Source of the DNA: Bacteroidota bacterium
GTDB taxonomy: Bacteria; Bacteroidota; Bacteroidia; Flavobacteriales_D; Crocinitomicaceae
DNA: 64,000 nt
Direction of reading: 5' to 3'
Assembly (NCBI GenBank): GCA_041158525.1
Contig: JBEBBE010000024.1
Location: forward strand, 986-64,985
Both the position numbers and the translations under genes were made by a program. This document shows, piece by piece, positions 46,772 to 57,042 of this stretch. Every line of letters starts with the position of its first letter. Position 1 is the stretch's first letter. A model generated the notes under the pieces. That model did no database searches, was not told where the DNA came from, and saw only the letters and a list, made by a program, of their open reading frames with translations.

Positions 46772-47413
46772 TTAAAATTGTAGAATGTAGTTGGTGAGTT
46801 TTTCCTGACCAATTGTAGTTGTAGGGCCATGGCCGCAATAGACAAGTGTTTGATCTGGAAACTTAAACAGTACATTTTGGATGCTGTTTTTTAATATTTC
46901 AAGATCTCCTCCTGGAAGATCAACACGTCCAAAACTCCCTTTGAATAGAACATCGCCGTTAATTACAAAACCTTCTTCATGGTAAAAAACTACGTGCCCA
47001 GGTGCGTGCCCAGGGGTGAAAAACACTTTGAATTGAAGGGCTCCGAATTGTAAAATTTGCTGATCCTCAAGAAAATCACTTGGCAGGGTTGCAGGTTTAT
47101 AACCATGAAAGCCATAGACATCGGCATAACGCTCTACTGCCTCCCACGTGGCATGATCCGATGGATGCAAATAGGCTTTAGATGTAAAGGTTTCAAAACA
47201 AAAATGCGCTCCTAAGATATGATCGATATGCGCATGAGTAAACAAAATGGCGTGAACGGTTAAACCCGTCGATGAAATAAATGCTTTGAGGGCGCTTTCC
47301 TCTTCTTTTGCATAACATCCTGGGTCTATGATGACAGCATCGTTGCCGTTATAAACAACATAGGTGTTTTCCTGAAAGCCGTTGAAGCAAAAAGCCTGAA
47401 CTTGAGTAGACAT
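46772..47413 (-). CDS. MBL-fold metallo-hydrolase (glyoxalase II-like)
   Basis: 213 aa with the THAHIDHI zinc motif and downstream His/Asp ligands (TPGHAPGH, CGHG). Confidence 0.85.
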   Translation of the reverse strand: MSTQVQAFCFNGFQENTYVVYNGNDAVIIDPGCYAKEEESALKAFISSTGLTVHAILFTHAHIDHILGAHFCFETFTSKAYLHPSDHATWEAVERYADVYGFHGYKPATLPSDFLEDQQILQFGALQFKVFFTPGHAPGHVVFYHEEGFVINGDVLFKGSFGRVDLPGGDLEILKNSIQNVLFKFPDQTLVYCGHGPTTTIGQEKLTNYILQF

Positions 47414-47417
47414 GTTT

Positions 47418-47425
47418 CAAATTTA
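47418..47425 (-). promoter_or_regulatory. Candidate -7 box (TAAATTTG) 4 nt upstream of the MBL-hydrolase ATG (predicted leaderless)
   Basis: The minus strand reads GCAGTAAATTTGAAACATG. Confidence 0.4.
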
Positions 47426-47437
47426 CTGCAATTATAT

Positions 47438-50400
47438 TTAGCGCAGTAAATTTACGTGACCGGTAATGACCTCTTTGTTGTTTTTGAAGTCTGTGTATTT
47501 GATTTTCCAGGTATATGTGCCGTCTTGGCAAGGTCTGAAATTATAGGTGCCATCCCAGTATTCTTTGAGGTCATTGAAGGCGTATATGAGTTCTCCCCAA
47601 CGGTTGTAAATTGAAACTTCGACCTCAAGATAATTCCCACCAATCACTCGGAAATACTGATTGAACATATCGCCATCAGGCGTAAAGGTATTGGGAACAT
47701 AAAAGAAAGGATCAAAATAAATATTGACTTGACTTTCAGCGGTGCAGCCATTTTGATCAGTGAAATAAACGGTATAAAGTGCGTTTTGAGAAGGGCTTAC
47801 TTGTGTAGAAAGGCAATTTACACAGCTCACTTCATCATCTGGCGCCCATAGTACAGAGCCTGGCCCTGAAGTAAGGGCATTGAGCTGAATAATATCACCT
47901 TGAACGGCATAAACATCGGCTCCTGCATTCACATAAGCTGCTGCAAAAACATTGACTTGTACGTTTGCGCTGTCTTGACAACCTTGTGCGTCGGTCCCGA
48001 TGACTAAGTAAGTGGTATTGGTGGGTGGCACTACGCTTACCATAGCTCCGTTGCTACTTGATCCCGCCGGCCCCGGATACCATTCATAATATAAAGCGCC
48101 GCTTGCCCAGAGCCCAGCTGCTTGCCCAGGGCAAACTGTGGTATCTGAACCTGCCCAAATTTGAGCGGTCAAGATGCTTACCCAAACAGAATCGGTTTCG
48201 GTCCCGCAACTATTTGTGACATCCACAAAATAATACTGCGGACTCAATGGATTGATTTGCACGGTAGCTGTATTACCCCCGAGTAAATTGTTATTCGGAT
48301 ACCAGAAATAACTTGTTCCGCCACTCGCTGACAAAGGCATGGACGTACCATAACAGAGTGAGACGCTATCTATAAGTTGCGGGACAGGTGGATTATTAAA
48401 GACAAAAATTGTAATAGAATCTTGGGCGGTACAACCATTACTTGAAGTAGCCGTGGCCGTGTAGGTGATGTCATTTTGCGGTGAGGAAATAACGTTGGCA
48501 CCGCTCGTTGTATTTAAGAAATTACCCGGTGACCAAGAAATGTTTCCGCTTGCGGTAGCAGTGATAGGAACGGTTTCGCCTATGCAAATAGTTGTATCAT
48601 TCGGCAAGGAAATGGTTGGGGCGGAAACCTCAAGGGTCAGTTGTAAGGTATCTGATCCGCAGGAGTCGGCGATGATCACCGTGAAAGTTGTTGTGCTAAA
48701 AATGGTGGCAGTTGGTTCGGCTATAGTCGGGTTGTCTAGCACATTGGCAGGGCTCCAAGAATAGGTAGAACCTCCGAAAGCTTCAAGTTGGTAACTATCA
48801 CCGGGGCAAATGGTCGCGGTTGGTTGGATAGTGCCAGCCGTGAACGCACCAATATTGACTGTTACTGTAACAGAATCAGGGGTAAAACAGCCTGTAGAAT
48901 CAAATGCAACTAACAAAACATCATACACACCCGGTGTTGTGTAAGCGTGTATCGGCTCGTAAGCGTTTGAGGTAGTGCCATCACCAAAATCCCAGAAAAA
49001 TGAATTGGCGTTTTGAGAGTTGTTGTCAAAAAATACACTTTGCGGGATACAAATTAATGGGGCTGGTTGTGCTGCGATGGCTTCAATAGTACTCAGTTCA
49101 AACTTAAAGCAGGCCAAGTTGCAATTAGAACTCTGATTAGTTGCAGACCAAACACCTGGTGTACTTGTAAAACCAAAGTCATTGCCGCCACAAGCACCAC
49201 AAACGGCGTGGTAAATTCTTCCTTGGTTGTCAAAGCGGCTGGTTCCGCCATCTACATGGTTCGAGCTACTATTGAGCCCTCCCATAAAAGTAGCGTACTT
49301 TAGTGCAGACGCGTCTTGATCTAGTACCGCAATATAAAAGTTAGAGCCATTGGTATTGAGCTGGTAGGCATCAAGGGTCACGGGGAAATTGGTTGTTGTA
49401 GAAAATGATGCTTGTCCGTAAAGTTGATTGAGTTGCCCACCCCATCCTGCCAAGTAAATATCATAGCAGTCAGAAATTAAGAAAGCAGTAGGTGAGAGTT
49501 CAACGTTACCTGTTCCGGCACCAATCATGGTTGTCCAAGCAATGGTACTGAGGTCGGTGCTATATTTTCTGATAAACTGCCCAGAGTTGGCATTTCCGTA
49601 ACAACCCGGAGAAATGGCCCAAGCAGACTGAGACTGCCCATAGACATAAACAGCATTATTTACGTCAGTACGAACGAAATAAGTTTGGTCGTATTCGGCT
49701 TGTCCCATGTAAGTACCAGATTGCAAAGCTCCACTAGCTGAATTGATGCGTATCGTGTAGCCATCAGAACTTCCTCCATTGAATGATAAATCATTACCAC
49801 CAGTTATTGCCAATGATGTAGAGGTTGTACCGCCGGCAACATAGACGCTGCCATTACTTCCAGTTGTTATAGAGTTACCCGATTCATTTCCACTACCACC
49901 AAAATAAGAGCTCCAGATCAGTTGAGAAAGCCCAGTATTTAATTTAAAAACAACAGCGTCTTGGGTTCCGTTGAGCGTATTTTGAAAGGCATTTTGGGTT
50001 GGGAAATTGGTGGATGTAGTGGTACTTGATACATAGACATTTTGATTGGCATCTAATACAATTTCGCCTCTGAATTGATCGCCGTAGTTGTAGAATAAAC
50101 TCGCTGAATTTAAACCATCAGTACTGCTTCCACCCACATAAGTGGAGGCAAGAAGTGCTGTACCTGCTGCATTGAATCTCGCAATGTAGATGTCTGAGCC
50201 ATTGAATTCAAGCGAATTTTGCAATTGGTAAGGCCCACCGTTGAAACTGTTATCAAAGGACTGACCTGCCATAGGGAAGTTGGTGGAGGAGGTCACGCCA
50301 TAAACGAAAAGCTCGCCATTAGGAGCACATACAAGGCTGTGTGGGGTTTCGTTTCCAGAGCCACCTAAATAGGTAGAGTAAAGCAAAGCTGTTCCTGTTG

Positions 50401-51316
50401 CATTGAATTTTGTGATGGAAACGTCCATTGGAAAGGTTCCAGTACCTGAATTGTAGCTGGCGTCAAAGGCACCAACTGTTGTTGGATACCCCGAACCAAA
50501 TACAATACCACCACCAAATAAATTCCCATTGACATCTGGGGTGGCTGTAAAACCCCAGTTATCTACGGGTGAACCCGTAAACGTTGAAAATGTAAGGCTA
50601 GGGTCAATGTAAAGTGCTAGGTTAGGGTCATAGCTCTCTGAAAGTACAAAATCGATTTGACCATCTTGAAAAACCCAAGAAATAGGCACTTCAATCTTTT
50701 CGCCATTTGAATCAATATTCCAGGCGATAGGTTTACTGTAAGTGATTTCTCCAAATCGGTGTTTGAGTAACAATTGACCTTCAGGATTGATTGTAACTGC
50801 TTCAGCCCCTTGAATCTGAAAAGCGAATTGTTGAATATCGCCATGAGGCATTAATTCTAAATGAAATGCAAGTTGCTCATTTTCGGTGGTGTAAATGAGT
50901 TTGCCGTCTTGAAAATAGTTGGGCGCAACAATTGTCGAGGACCCTCGAACCATTGACTTCCATTTGGAGGCGTCTGAACCAATGAAATAGTTGTGGTAAT
51001 GTGCACTAGAATCTTGAGTTTCAAAATTGGCGTTCTGAGCGTTGATGAATACGTGTTTGATACAATGGTATTGCCCTAGTTCTGAGTGGGCTTCTTGGGT
51101 ATCGTCTTGATCTTTGTGCTCGTGTGCATGAGTTGTGGCGTTTGACAGAAAAAAGGTCATGCCTTCTTGCTCTAGATAAACTCGACCGCCAGCAAGCGGT
51201 AAATTGTATAAAATACGCGTATCCCATTGCCCTTTATTTGGATACATCCAGACCTCTTGGGCAAAGGTGCAATGCATCCAACTAAAAAGAAGGATTAAAC
51301 GTACTATTATTTTCAT
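47438..51316 (-). CDS. Large cell-surface protein: beta-propeller (SBBP-like) repeats, PKD domain, Ig-like repeats, T9SS type-B sorting domain
   Basis: Signal peptide; repeated ...TSSTNFP... propeller-type motifs; a PKD segment FFWDFGDGTTSNAYEPIHAYTTPGVYDV; four C-x-G...Y.W.P Ig-like repeats; and a C-terminal PNTFTPDGDMFNQYF...IYNRWGELIY...GTYTWKI type-B CTD. Confidence 0.85.
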   Translation of the reverse strand: MKIIVRLILLFSWMHCTFAQEVWMYPNKGQWDTRILYNLPLAGGRVYLEQEGMTFFLSNATTHAHEHKDQDDTQEAHSELGQYHCIKHVFINAQNANFETQDSSAHYHNYFIGSDASKWKSMVRGSSTIVAPNYFQDGKLIYTTENEQLAFHLELMPHGDIQQFAFQIQGAEAVTINPEGQLLLKHRFGEITYSKPIAWNIDSNGEKIEVPISWVFQDGQIDFVLSESYDPNLALYIDPSLTFSTFTGSPVDNWGFTATPDVNGNLFGGGIVFGSGYPTTVGAFDASYNSGTGTFPMDVSITKFNATGTALLYSTYLGGSGNETPHSLVCAPNGELFVYGVTSSTNFPMAGQSFDNSFNGGPYQLQNSLEFNGSDIYIARFNAAGTALLASTYVGGSSTDGLNSASLFYNYGDQFRGEIVLDANQNVYVSSTTTSTNFPTQNAFQNTLNGTQDAVVFKLNTGLSQLIWSSYFGGSGNESGNSITTGSNGSVYVAGGTTSTSLAITGGNDLSFNGGSSDGYTIRINSASGALQSGTYMGQAEYDQTYFVRTDVNNAVYVYGQSQSAWAISPGCYGNANSGQFIRKYSTDLSTIAWTTMIGAGTGNVELSPTAFLISDCYDIYLAGWGGQLNQLYGQASFSTTTNFPVTLDAYQLNTNGSNFYIAVLDQDASALKYATFMGGLNSSSNHVDGGTSRFDNQGRIYHAVCGACGGNDFGFTSTPGVWSATNQSSNCNLACFKFELSTIEAIAAQPAPLICIPQSVFFDNNSQNANSFFWDFGDGTTSNAYEPIHAYTTPGVYDVLLVAFDSTGCFTPDSVTVTVNIGAFTAGTIQPTATICPGDSYQLEAFGGSTYSWSPANVLDNPTIAEPTATIFSTTTFTVIIADSCGSDTLQLTLEVSAPTISLPNDTTICIGETVPITATASGNISWSPGNFLNTTSGANVISSPQNDITYTATATSSNGCTAQDSITIFVFNNPPVPQLIDSVSLCYGTSMPLSASGGTSYFWYPNNNLLGGNTATVQINPLSPQYYFVDVTNSCGTETDSVWVSILTAQIWAGSDTTVCPGQAAGLWASGALYYEWYPGPAGSSSNGAMVSVVPPTNTTYLVIGTDAQGCQDSANVQVNVFAAAYVNAGADVYAVQGDIIQLNALTSGPGSVLWAPDDEVSCVNCLSTQVSPSQNALYTVYFTDQNGCTAESQVNIYFDPFFYVPNTFTPDGDMFNQYFRVIGGNYLEVEVSIYNRWGELIYAFNDLKEYWDGTYNFRPCQDGTYTWKIKYTDFKNNKEVITGHVNLLR

Positions 51317-51459
51317 GGTGTAAGTAAAATTAACACATTCATTACCAAACTCAAAACAATAAACTATTCAAAGGCCATATGGTTGCCAAAACAACATAAA
51401 AATATTGTCGTGAATCTTAAAATAGCTTTTATTTGTATTTCTATTCTTTCCTTATTTAT

Positions 51460-53826
51460 ATGATGAATAAACTTTTACTAGTAGTTAGCTTTCTTTTACT
51501 AAACGCCGTTGCTTGGTCTCAAGGGTACTTGCGCCTTCAAATCCCTGTAAATAATGGCGAATTAAAAATCTTAGCAGATCAAGGTGTAGCAGTAGATCAC
51601 GGTATTTTCAAAGAAGAAAAATATTTCATTTCTGACTTTTCATATGCAGAAAAAGCCATCATGGATCAAAATGGGATTGCATACGAAATATTAATAGCTG
51701 ACATCGAGCAGTATTATGAAGACCTACTTAATCAGCCAGAAAAACCTGCGGAAGCTGAAACTGAGAAAAACACAAGTTGCTCCAACACAAGCATTGTCAA
51801 TCCGTGGGCAAATCCAGCAACGCCGACTCATTTTAACCTTGGTACTATGGGCGGCTACCTCAAATACGAAGAATTGCTTGCTGAGCTTGATGAAATGGCA
51901 GCACTATATCCCAACTTAATTACGGTAAAAGCACCCATTTCGAACTTTTTAACTTTTGAGAACCGTCCAATTTATCATGTTAAAATTTCAGATAATCCGG
52001 GCCAAGATGAAGCAGGTGAACCAAAGGTTTTGTATACCGCCATACACCATGCCAGAGAGCCCATGAGTCTGATGGAGACTGTATTTTTCATGTGGTATAT
52101 CCTCGATAATTATCAGGTGAATTCTGAAATTCAGTACATCGTAAACCATATGCAACTTTATTTTGTGCCTTGTATCAATCCAGATGGTTATGTTTACAAC
52201 CAAACCACCAATCCGAATGGCGGCGGGATGTGGCGTAAAAACCGCAGGTTGAATTCAGGTGGTTCTTATGGCGTTGACCTCAACAGAAACTATTCTTACG
52301 GTTGGGGAACAACAGGAACCAGTTTTAGTCAGAGCAACGATACTTATTGTGGTACTGCACCTTTTTCTGAGCCTGAGACACAAGCCATGCGTTGGTTGGT
52401 TCAGAATAATCATTTTATTACTGCATTCAATGCACATACTTACGCTGAAGATATTCTTTTCCCAATCGGGACCACCAATGCTGAATTTGCAGATCACCAC
52501 GATTATTTTCAGACCTGTACCAATCATATGGTTGAGTACAATGGTTACACTGCCATGAAAAGCTCAGGTTTGTATCCGGCTTCCGGAGACTCTGACGATT
52601 ATATGTACAAGCTTGATATTGGCGTTGGGCAAAAAGACACCATGTTTGTACACACTCCTGAGGTAGGAACGGCTTTTTGGCAGGCGCAATCTCAAATTAT
52701 CCCGACTTGCAAGGAAATGTTCTTTCCTAATTTAATTTTGGCGCACTTGGCAGGTCGTTACACTTTAGTGAAAGATACCGACCCACAAGGCGTTGCAAGT
52801 TTGAACGGCAATTTTACACATGAAGCCACCAGACTCGGAAGAGAAGCCGGCCCTGTCACGGTAAGCCTAATTCCTTTGCAAAATATTACCAGCGTGGGCG
52901 CTTCAGTTGTCCATGACTTAGCCATTCAGCAAACTGCTACGGCGAGCATTAGCTTTACGCTCAATGCAAGCATACAATTTGGAGATACCATCAAATATAT
53001 TTTACAGACAGACAACGGCTTCTGGCAAAAGAAGGACACCATTGTTAAAATTTTTGGTGCTTTGAATGTATTAACAATAGAAGATGCAACAGATCCGAGC
53101 CAATGGACAGGTAATTGGGGCACCACTTCATCCACCTATGTGTCGGCTAGTAAATCTTTTACAGATACGCCTTCCGGGAATTACTCGAATAATGCCAATA
53201 CTACTTACAGTTACACCCCAACCATTGATCTTTCAAATAAAAGTGCAGCGAAAATCACATTTTGGTGTAAATGGAATATCGAGGCGGGCTACGATTTCAC
53301 GCAATTCCAAGTTTCTACAGATAATGGTCAAACTTGGGTGGCGCAGTGCGGTAATTATACTGTTTTGGGTACTTCAGGGAATGGTAGTGTTCAGCCAGCT
53401 AACAAACCACTTTGGGATGGCGTTCAGTCAACTTGGGTACTTGAAGAAATCAATTTATCCGAGTATTTGGGTCAACAGATCAAGGTGCGCTTTCAATTGA
53501 GATCTGACGGCGGCACGCGAGCTGACGGTTTCTATTTTGATGATTTCAGTATCTATGCCAATGAAATTGATGATACTGGTCTTGAATCAGTTGGGAATAG
53601 TCAGCTGTTGGTCTCGCCAAACCCAAGTCAACAACAATTTCAAATTCAAGGTTTACAAGCACATGCTCCGTATCAAATCATCCATTCGAGCGGTAAAATT
53701 GTTCAAAGTGGCAAGGTAGCTCAAGCAAATCAACTATTCGATTTGGAAGAAGCTGCGGGCATCTATTATTTTCAGACCATTTTAAATGAGCAGCCAGTTC
53801 GCGTTAAAATCATGCTGCTTGACTAA
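51460..53826 (+). CDS. M14-family zinc carboxypeptidase with a T9SS type-A C-terminal sorting domain
   Basis: Signal peptide MMNKLLLVVSFLLLNAVAWSQ; HHAREPMS (HxxE) zinc motif and NRNY substrate motif; a MAM/lectin-like middle region; and the C-terminus LLVSPNPSQQQFQIQG...GIYYFQT...VKIMLLD. Confidence 0.85.
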   Translation: MMNKLLLVVSFLLLNAVAWSQGYLRLQIPVNNGELKILADQGVAVDHGIFKEEKYFISDFSYAEKAIMDQNGIAYEILIADIEQYYEDLLNQPEKPAEAETEKNTSCSNTSIVNPWANPATPTHFNLGTMGGYLKYEELLAELDEMAALYPNLITVKAPISNFLTFENRPIYHVKISDNPGQDEAGEPKVLYTAIHHAREPMSLMETVFFMWYILDNYQVNSEIQYIVNHMQLYFVPCINPDGYVYNQTTNPNGGGMWRKNRRLNSGGSYGVDLNRNYSYGWGTTGTSFSQSNDTYCGTAPFSEPETQAMRWLVQNNHFITAFNAHTYAEDILFPIGTTNAEFADHHDYFQTCTNHMVEYNGYTAMKSSGLYPASGDSDDYMYKLDIGVGQKDTMFVHTPEVGTAFWQAQSQIIPTCKEMFFPNLILAHLAGRYTLVKDTDPQGVASLNGNFTHEATRLGREAGPVTVSLIPLQNITSVGASVVHDLAIQQTATASISFTLNASIQFGDTIKYILQTDNGFWQKKDTIVKIFGALNVLTIEDATDPSQWTGNWGTTSSTYVSASKSFTDTPSGNYSNNANTTYSYTPTIDLSNKSAAKITFWCKWNIEAGYDFTQFQVSTDNGQTWVAQCGNYTVLGTSGNGSVQPANKPLWDGVQSTWVLEEINLSEYLGQQIKVRFQLRSDGGTRADGFYFDDFSIYANEIDDTGLESVGNSQLLVSPNPSQQQFQIQGLQAHAPYQIIHSSGKIVQSGKVAQANQLFDLEEAAGIYYFQTILNEQPVRVKIMLLD

Positions 53827-54716
53827 AGCGCAATAAAAGCCGCGATCTTGTCCATGTAGTTTTGATATCCCGCAACAAAGGGAGTAGTTTCGTGTTCTCC
53901 ACCGGGCACTAAATAAGATTCTTTATAGCCTTGTGTTTTGTTGTTATAAACGGGTTGACCATGACTTTTGACAGTTAAAAATGAATCGGCTTCGCCATGA
54001 ATCCAGAGTAATGGAATGCTGATTTTTTTAATTTCAGTAGCGTTGTCAATTTTTAAATCTACTAAGAAAGAGCCTGGCATCGAGAGCAGCGCCGCATCCT
54101 GAATCATGACCTCTGCTGAGGCAAATGGTGCTTCCAAAATGAGTTTACTCGGTTCGAGTGCATATTCAGTAGGATGCGCAGCAACTTCACAAGCAGCTGC
54201 CGAACCTAAGGAGAAGCCAAAAATGACAAAGCGTTCTTTTTGCAAGCCTTGGTCCTTGAGCCATTGAATAGCCGCAGCAGTTGTTCTGTACATATTTTCT
54301 TCTGAGGCTTTACCTTCTGAGCGCCCAAAACTTGGGTAATCAAACATGAGGACGCCATAACGACCCAAGCCACCCGTATTGGCATACAGTTTTTGTCTTG
54401 GCCAGTAAAAATCCATGTGGTCTTTGTTGCCATGGCAATATAAAATTACGGTGTCGGTTGCAATGCTGTTGAGGTCACCGACATAAATGGCACTCATTTT
54501 TGCGGCGCCTTCTTCGAGTTCGACATCGAGTTGAAACTGATGAATCATCGACTCAGGCACAGAAAACTGCCCTCCAAGATCGAGTGTCAACTCTCCGGTA
54601 TAAGCATCAAGTTGATAGGTTTCAAGTTGGCTCGGGTTAAATAAAAAACCGTCTAGTCTTTTGCGACAAGAAAAAAGGCTAAGCGATATTATAAACAGAA
54701 GTAGTAGTTTTTTCAT
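53823..54716 (-). CDS. Alpha/beta hydrolase lipoprotein
   Basis: Lipobox MKKLLLLFIISLSLFSC, nucleophile elbow GFSLGS, and later HGEADS and GGEHE catalytic-type segments. The ATG at 54716 directly follows the upstream stop. Confidence 0.8.
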   Translation of the reverse strand: MKKLLLLFIISLSLFSCRKRLDGFLFNPSQLETYQLDAYTGELTLDLGGQFSVPESMIHQFQLDVELEEGAAKMSAIYVGDLNSIATDTVILYCHGNKDHMDFYWPRQKLYANTGGLGRYGVLMFDYPSFGRSEGKASEENMYRTTAAAIQWLKDQGLQKERFVIFGFSLGSAAACEVAAHPTEYALEPSKLILEAPFASAEVMIQDAALLSMPGSFLVDLKIDNATEIKKISIPLLWIHGEADSFLTVKSHGQPVYNNKTQGYKESYLVPGGEHETTPFVAGYQNYMDKIAAFIAL

Positions 54717-54717
54717 G

Positions 54718-55428
54718 TTACAAACGATAAGTAATACCAAAGTAAAGGCCCATTGCTCCGCGGTTTTGAAGTATACTCGGATAAGGAACCACAATATTTT
54801 CATTAGAATAAGTAGGAGCCAAAATTTTTATCTCTGCCTGATACGATAATTTAGGTCTGATCCATTGGTGGCCGATTTGAAAGTTAGGAATCCAGAGTTG
54901 TTCATTGGGCCTTCCCTGAGATTCAACGCGGTAGAAATCAAACCAATTGCTCATGCCGGCATAGAAAAAGTTGTAGTTTTTAGGCTGTTCCACGCAAAAG
55001 CGATCTAATTTCACAGGTTTCCATTCTTTACCATATTTGAAATAGTAGTTTGCATCAAGTTGCGGCCAAATTCTGTTGGCCCCCGTGTAGAAATCTAACA
55101 GAAAATTAACGTTGACTTGCCCAGAAACACCCATGCGGTCATTTTTCCAGATGCGTTGTGAAGCACCTACTTCAAATTGTCCCACACCGAAAGCCAAAGA
55201 GGTCGTTTGTAGCGCACCCATGAGGGTTGTTGTGTGGGTGATTCCTCTGCCGTAGCCAATAGAAGTGAAAGGAATTGGTATTGCGCCAATTCCGGGAACT
55301 TTTGCTACTGGCCCACCAAAATGACCAGTAAGCACTTGTTCGCCTTTTTCTAAGGGTTCGACGAACCTAGCAGGAGCACATGCGCTTAAATACAAAGCGG
55401 CAAGTGCGTAAAAAATCCATTTTTGCAT
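54718..55428 (-). CDS. Hypothetical outer-membrane lipoprotein/beta-barrel
   Basis: Lipobox [17 protein letters not shown], and an aromatic/Gly-rich alternating pattern ending GITYRL. Confidence 0.55.
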   Translation of the reverse strand: MQKWIFYALAALYLSACAPARFVEPLEKGEQVLTGHFGGPVAKVPGIGAIPIPFTSIGYGRGITHTTTLMGALQTTSLAFGVGQFEVGASQRIWKNDRMGVSGQVNVNFLLDFYTGANRIWPQLDANYYFKYGKEWKPVKLDRFCVEQPKNYNFFYAGMSNWFDFYRVESQGRPNEQLWIPNFQIGHQWIRPKLSYQAEIKILAPTYSNENIVVPYPSILQNRGAMGLYFGITYRL

Positions 55429-55464
55429 AGGCCAAATATAAAAAGATTAACCATCCAAATTGCT

Positions 55465-55472
55465 TACCTTTG
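55465..55472 (+). promoter_or_regulatory. Candidate -7 box (TACCTTTG) 4 nt upstream of the aroC ATG (predicted leaderless)
   Basis: GCTTACCTTTGTCTTATG, the same octamer as in front of rnpB. Confidence 0.4.
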
Positions 55473-55476
55473 TCTT

Positions 55477-56553
55477 ATGTCAGGATCGAGTTATGGTCAA
55501 ATTTTCAAGCTCACCACCTTTGGAGAGTCACATGGTGTTGCCATTGGCGGCATTATTGAAGGTTTTCCGGCAAATTTCGAGCTCGATCTAGCTGCCATTC
55601 AATTGGCTTTAGCGAAAAGACGCCCAGGGCAGTCGAGTTTGGTTTCGCCAAGGCAAGAGCCTGATCAAGTTGAGTTTTTGTCGGGTCTTTTTGAAGGAAA
55701 AACAACCGGAAGTCCTTTGGCTTTCATGATCAAAAATCAAGATCAGCACTCTAAAGATTACGCAGCCCTCAAAGATACTTTCAGGCCATCTCACGCTGAC
55801 TACACGTATCAACAAAAATACGGCATCCGTGACCACCGTGGTGGCGGTCGCAGCAGTGCCCGTGAAACCGCTTGCCGTGTTGTAGCTGGTGCCATTGCCG
55901 CTCAAGCGCTACAACAGTTAGGTGTTCAGGCTTCAACCTACGTTGATCAAATTGGTCCTGTGCAACTGCAAAGCCCAACTTGGTATGACACCACTCAAAT
56001 TGAAGCATCTCTTTTGCGCTGTCCTGAGCCAGCGGTTTCAGAACAAATGGAAGCTTATCTCAAAGAAATCAATGCTGAAGGGGACACAACAGGCGGAGCT
56101 ATTCGCTGTATGCTCAAGGGCGTTCCAGCGGGGTGGGGTGAACCTGTTTTTGATAAATTACATGCTGAATTAGGTAAATCCATGCTTTCGATCAATGCGG
56201 TCAAAGGTTTTGAAATAGGAAGTGGATTTTCAGCCATTTCCATGAAAGGATCCGAACACAACGATCAATTTTTAGCGAATGGTCAAACCCATACCAACTA
56301 CTCTGGCGGCATCCAAGGCGGCATCTCTAATGGCATGCCTATCAGTTTTAGAGTGGCATTCAAACCTGTGGCATCCATTCGTCAGGCGCAAGCACTGCTC
56401 AATGCTGAAGGCAATTTGCAAACTCAAGTTATCGAGGGTCGTCATGACGCTTGTGTGGTGCCCAGAGCAGTACCAATTGTGGAGGCAATGGCCCATATCG
56501 TATTATTCGATTTTTATTTAAGACAACAAAGAAATACCCTTTTTAATAAGTAA
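55477..56553 (+). CDS. aroC: Chorismate synthase
   Basis: [18 protein letters not shown]-terminus, then [37 protein letters not shown] chose the ATG at 55477 rather than the extended ORF start at 55423. Confidence 0.95.
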   Translation: MSGSSYGQIFKLTTFGESHGVAIGGIIEGFPANFELDLAAIQLALAKRRPGQSSLVSPRQEPDQVEFLSGLFEGKTTGSPLAFMIKNQDQHSKDYAALKDTFRPSHADYTYQQKYGIRDHRGGGRSSARETACRVVAGAIAAQALQQLGVQASTYVDQIGPVQLQSPTWYDTTQIEASLLRCPEPAVSEQMEAYLKEINAEGDTTGGAIRCMLKGVPAGWGEPVFDKLHAELGKSMLSINAVKGFEIGSGFSAISMKGSEHNDQFLANGQTHTNYSGGIQGGISNGMPISFRVAFKPVASIRQAQALLNAEGNLQTQVIEGRHDACVVPRAVPIVEAMAHIVLFDFYLRQQRNTLFNK

Positions 56554-56555
56554 TT

Positions 56556-57038
56556 ATGTTACAACGCATTCAAACACTGTATTTTATTTTAGTCATGATT
56601 TTGCTTTCTACTTTGCTTTCAGGAGTAGAAATATTTGGATTTACGACGTCAAAAAACTACTTATCATACTCGGTTTATGGCATTCAAAGCTTTAAATCTG
56701 AGGCGAATGCACCGCTTGGCAAAGCGGAACATTTGGAAGGATCCATTTTGTTTTACTTTGTCATCGCATTTGTACTTTTTGTCTATTTTGTCATGATGTC
56801 CTATAAAAATCTCAAGAAGCAATTCAGATTAGCGAGAATTGTTGCCTTGATTTATTTAGTTGGTTTGGTAGCGCTTTTATTAGCCGGTAGTTTGGGCCTT
56901 CTTGTGAAAGGCGCTGTGGCTATTCAACTCGGTTTAGGCTATTACATCTGTGTAGTTGGCTTGCCATTTTCTTACTTCGCTTTCAAAGGCATCAAAAAGG
57001 ACAAAGACTTGCTAGAGTCTCTAGACCGTCTCCGTTAA
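56556..57038 (+). CDS. Small integral membrane protein (DUF4293-like)
   Basis: 160 aa with about 4 TM helices and an MLQRIQTLYFIL N-terminus, typical of this Bacteroidota family. Confidence 0.6.
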   Translation: MLQRIQTLYFILVMILLSTLLSGVEIFGFTTSKNYLSYSVYGIQSFKSEANAPLGKAEHLEGSILFYFVIAFVLFVYFVMMSYKNLKKQFRLARIVALIYLVGLVALLLAGSLGLLVKGAVAIQLGLGYYICVVGLPFSYFAFKGIKKDKDLLESLDRLR

Positions 57039-57042
57039 TCTT

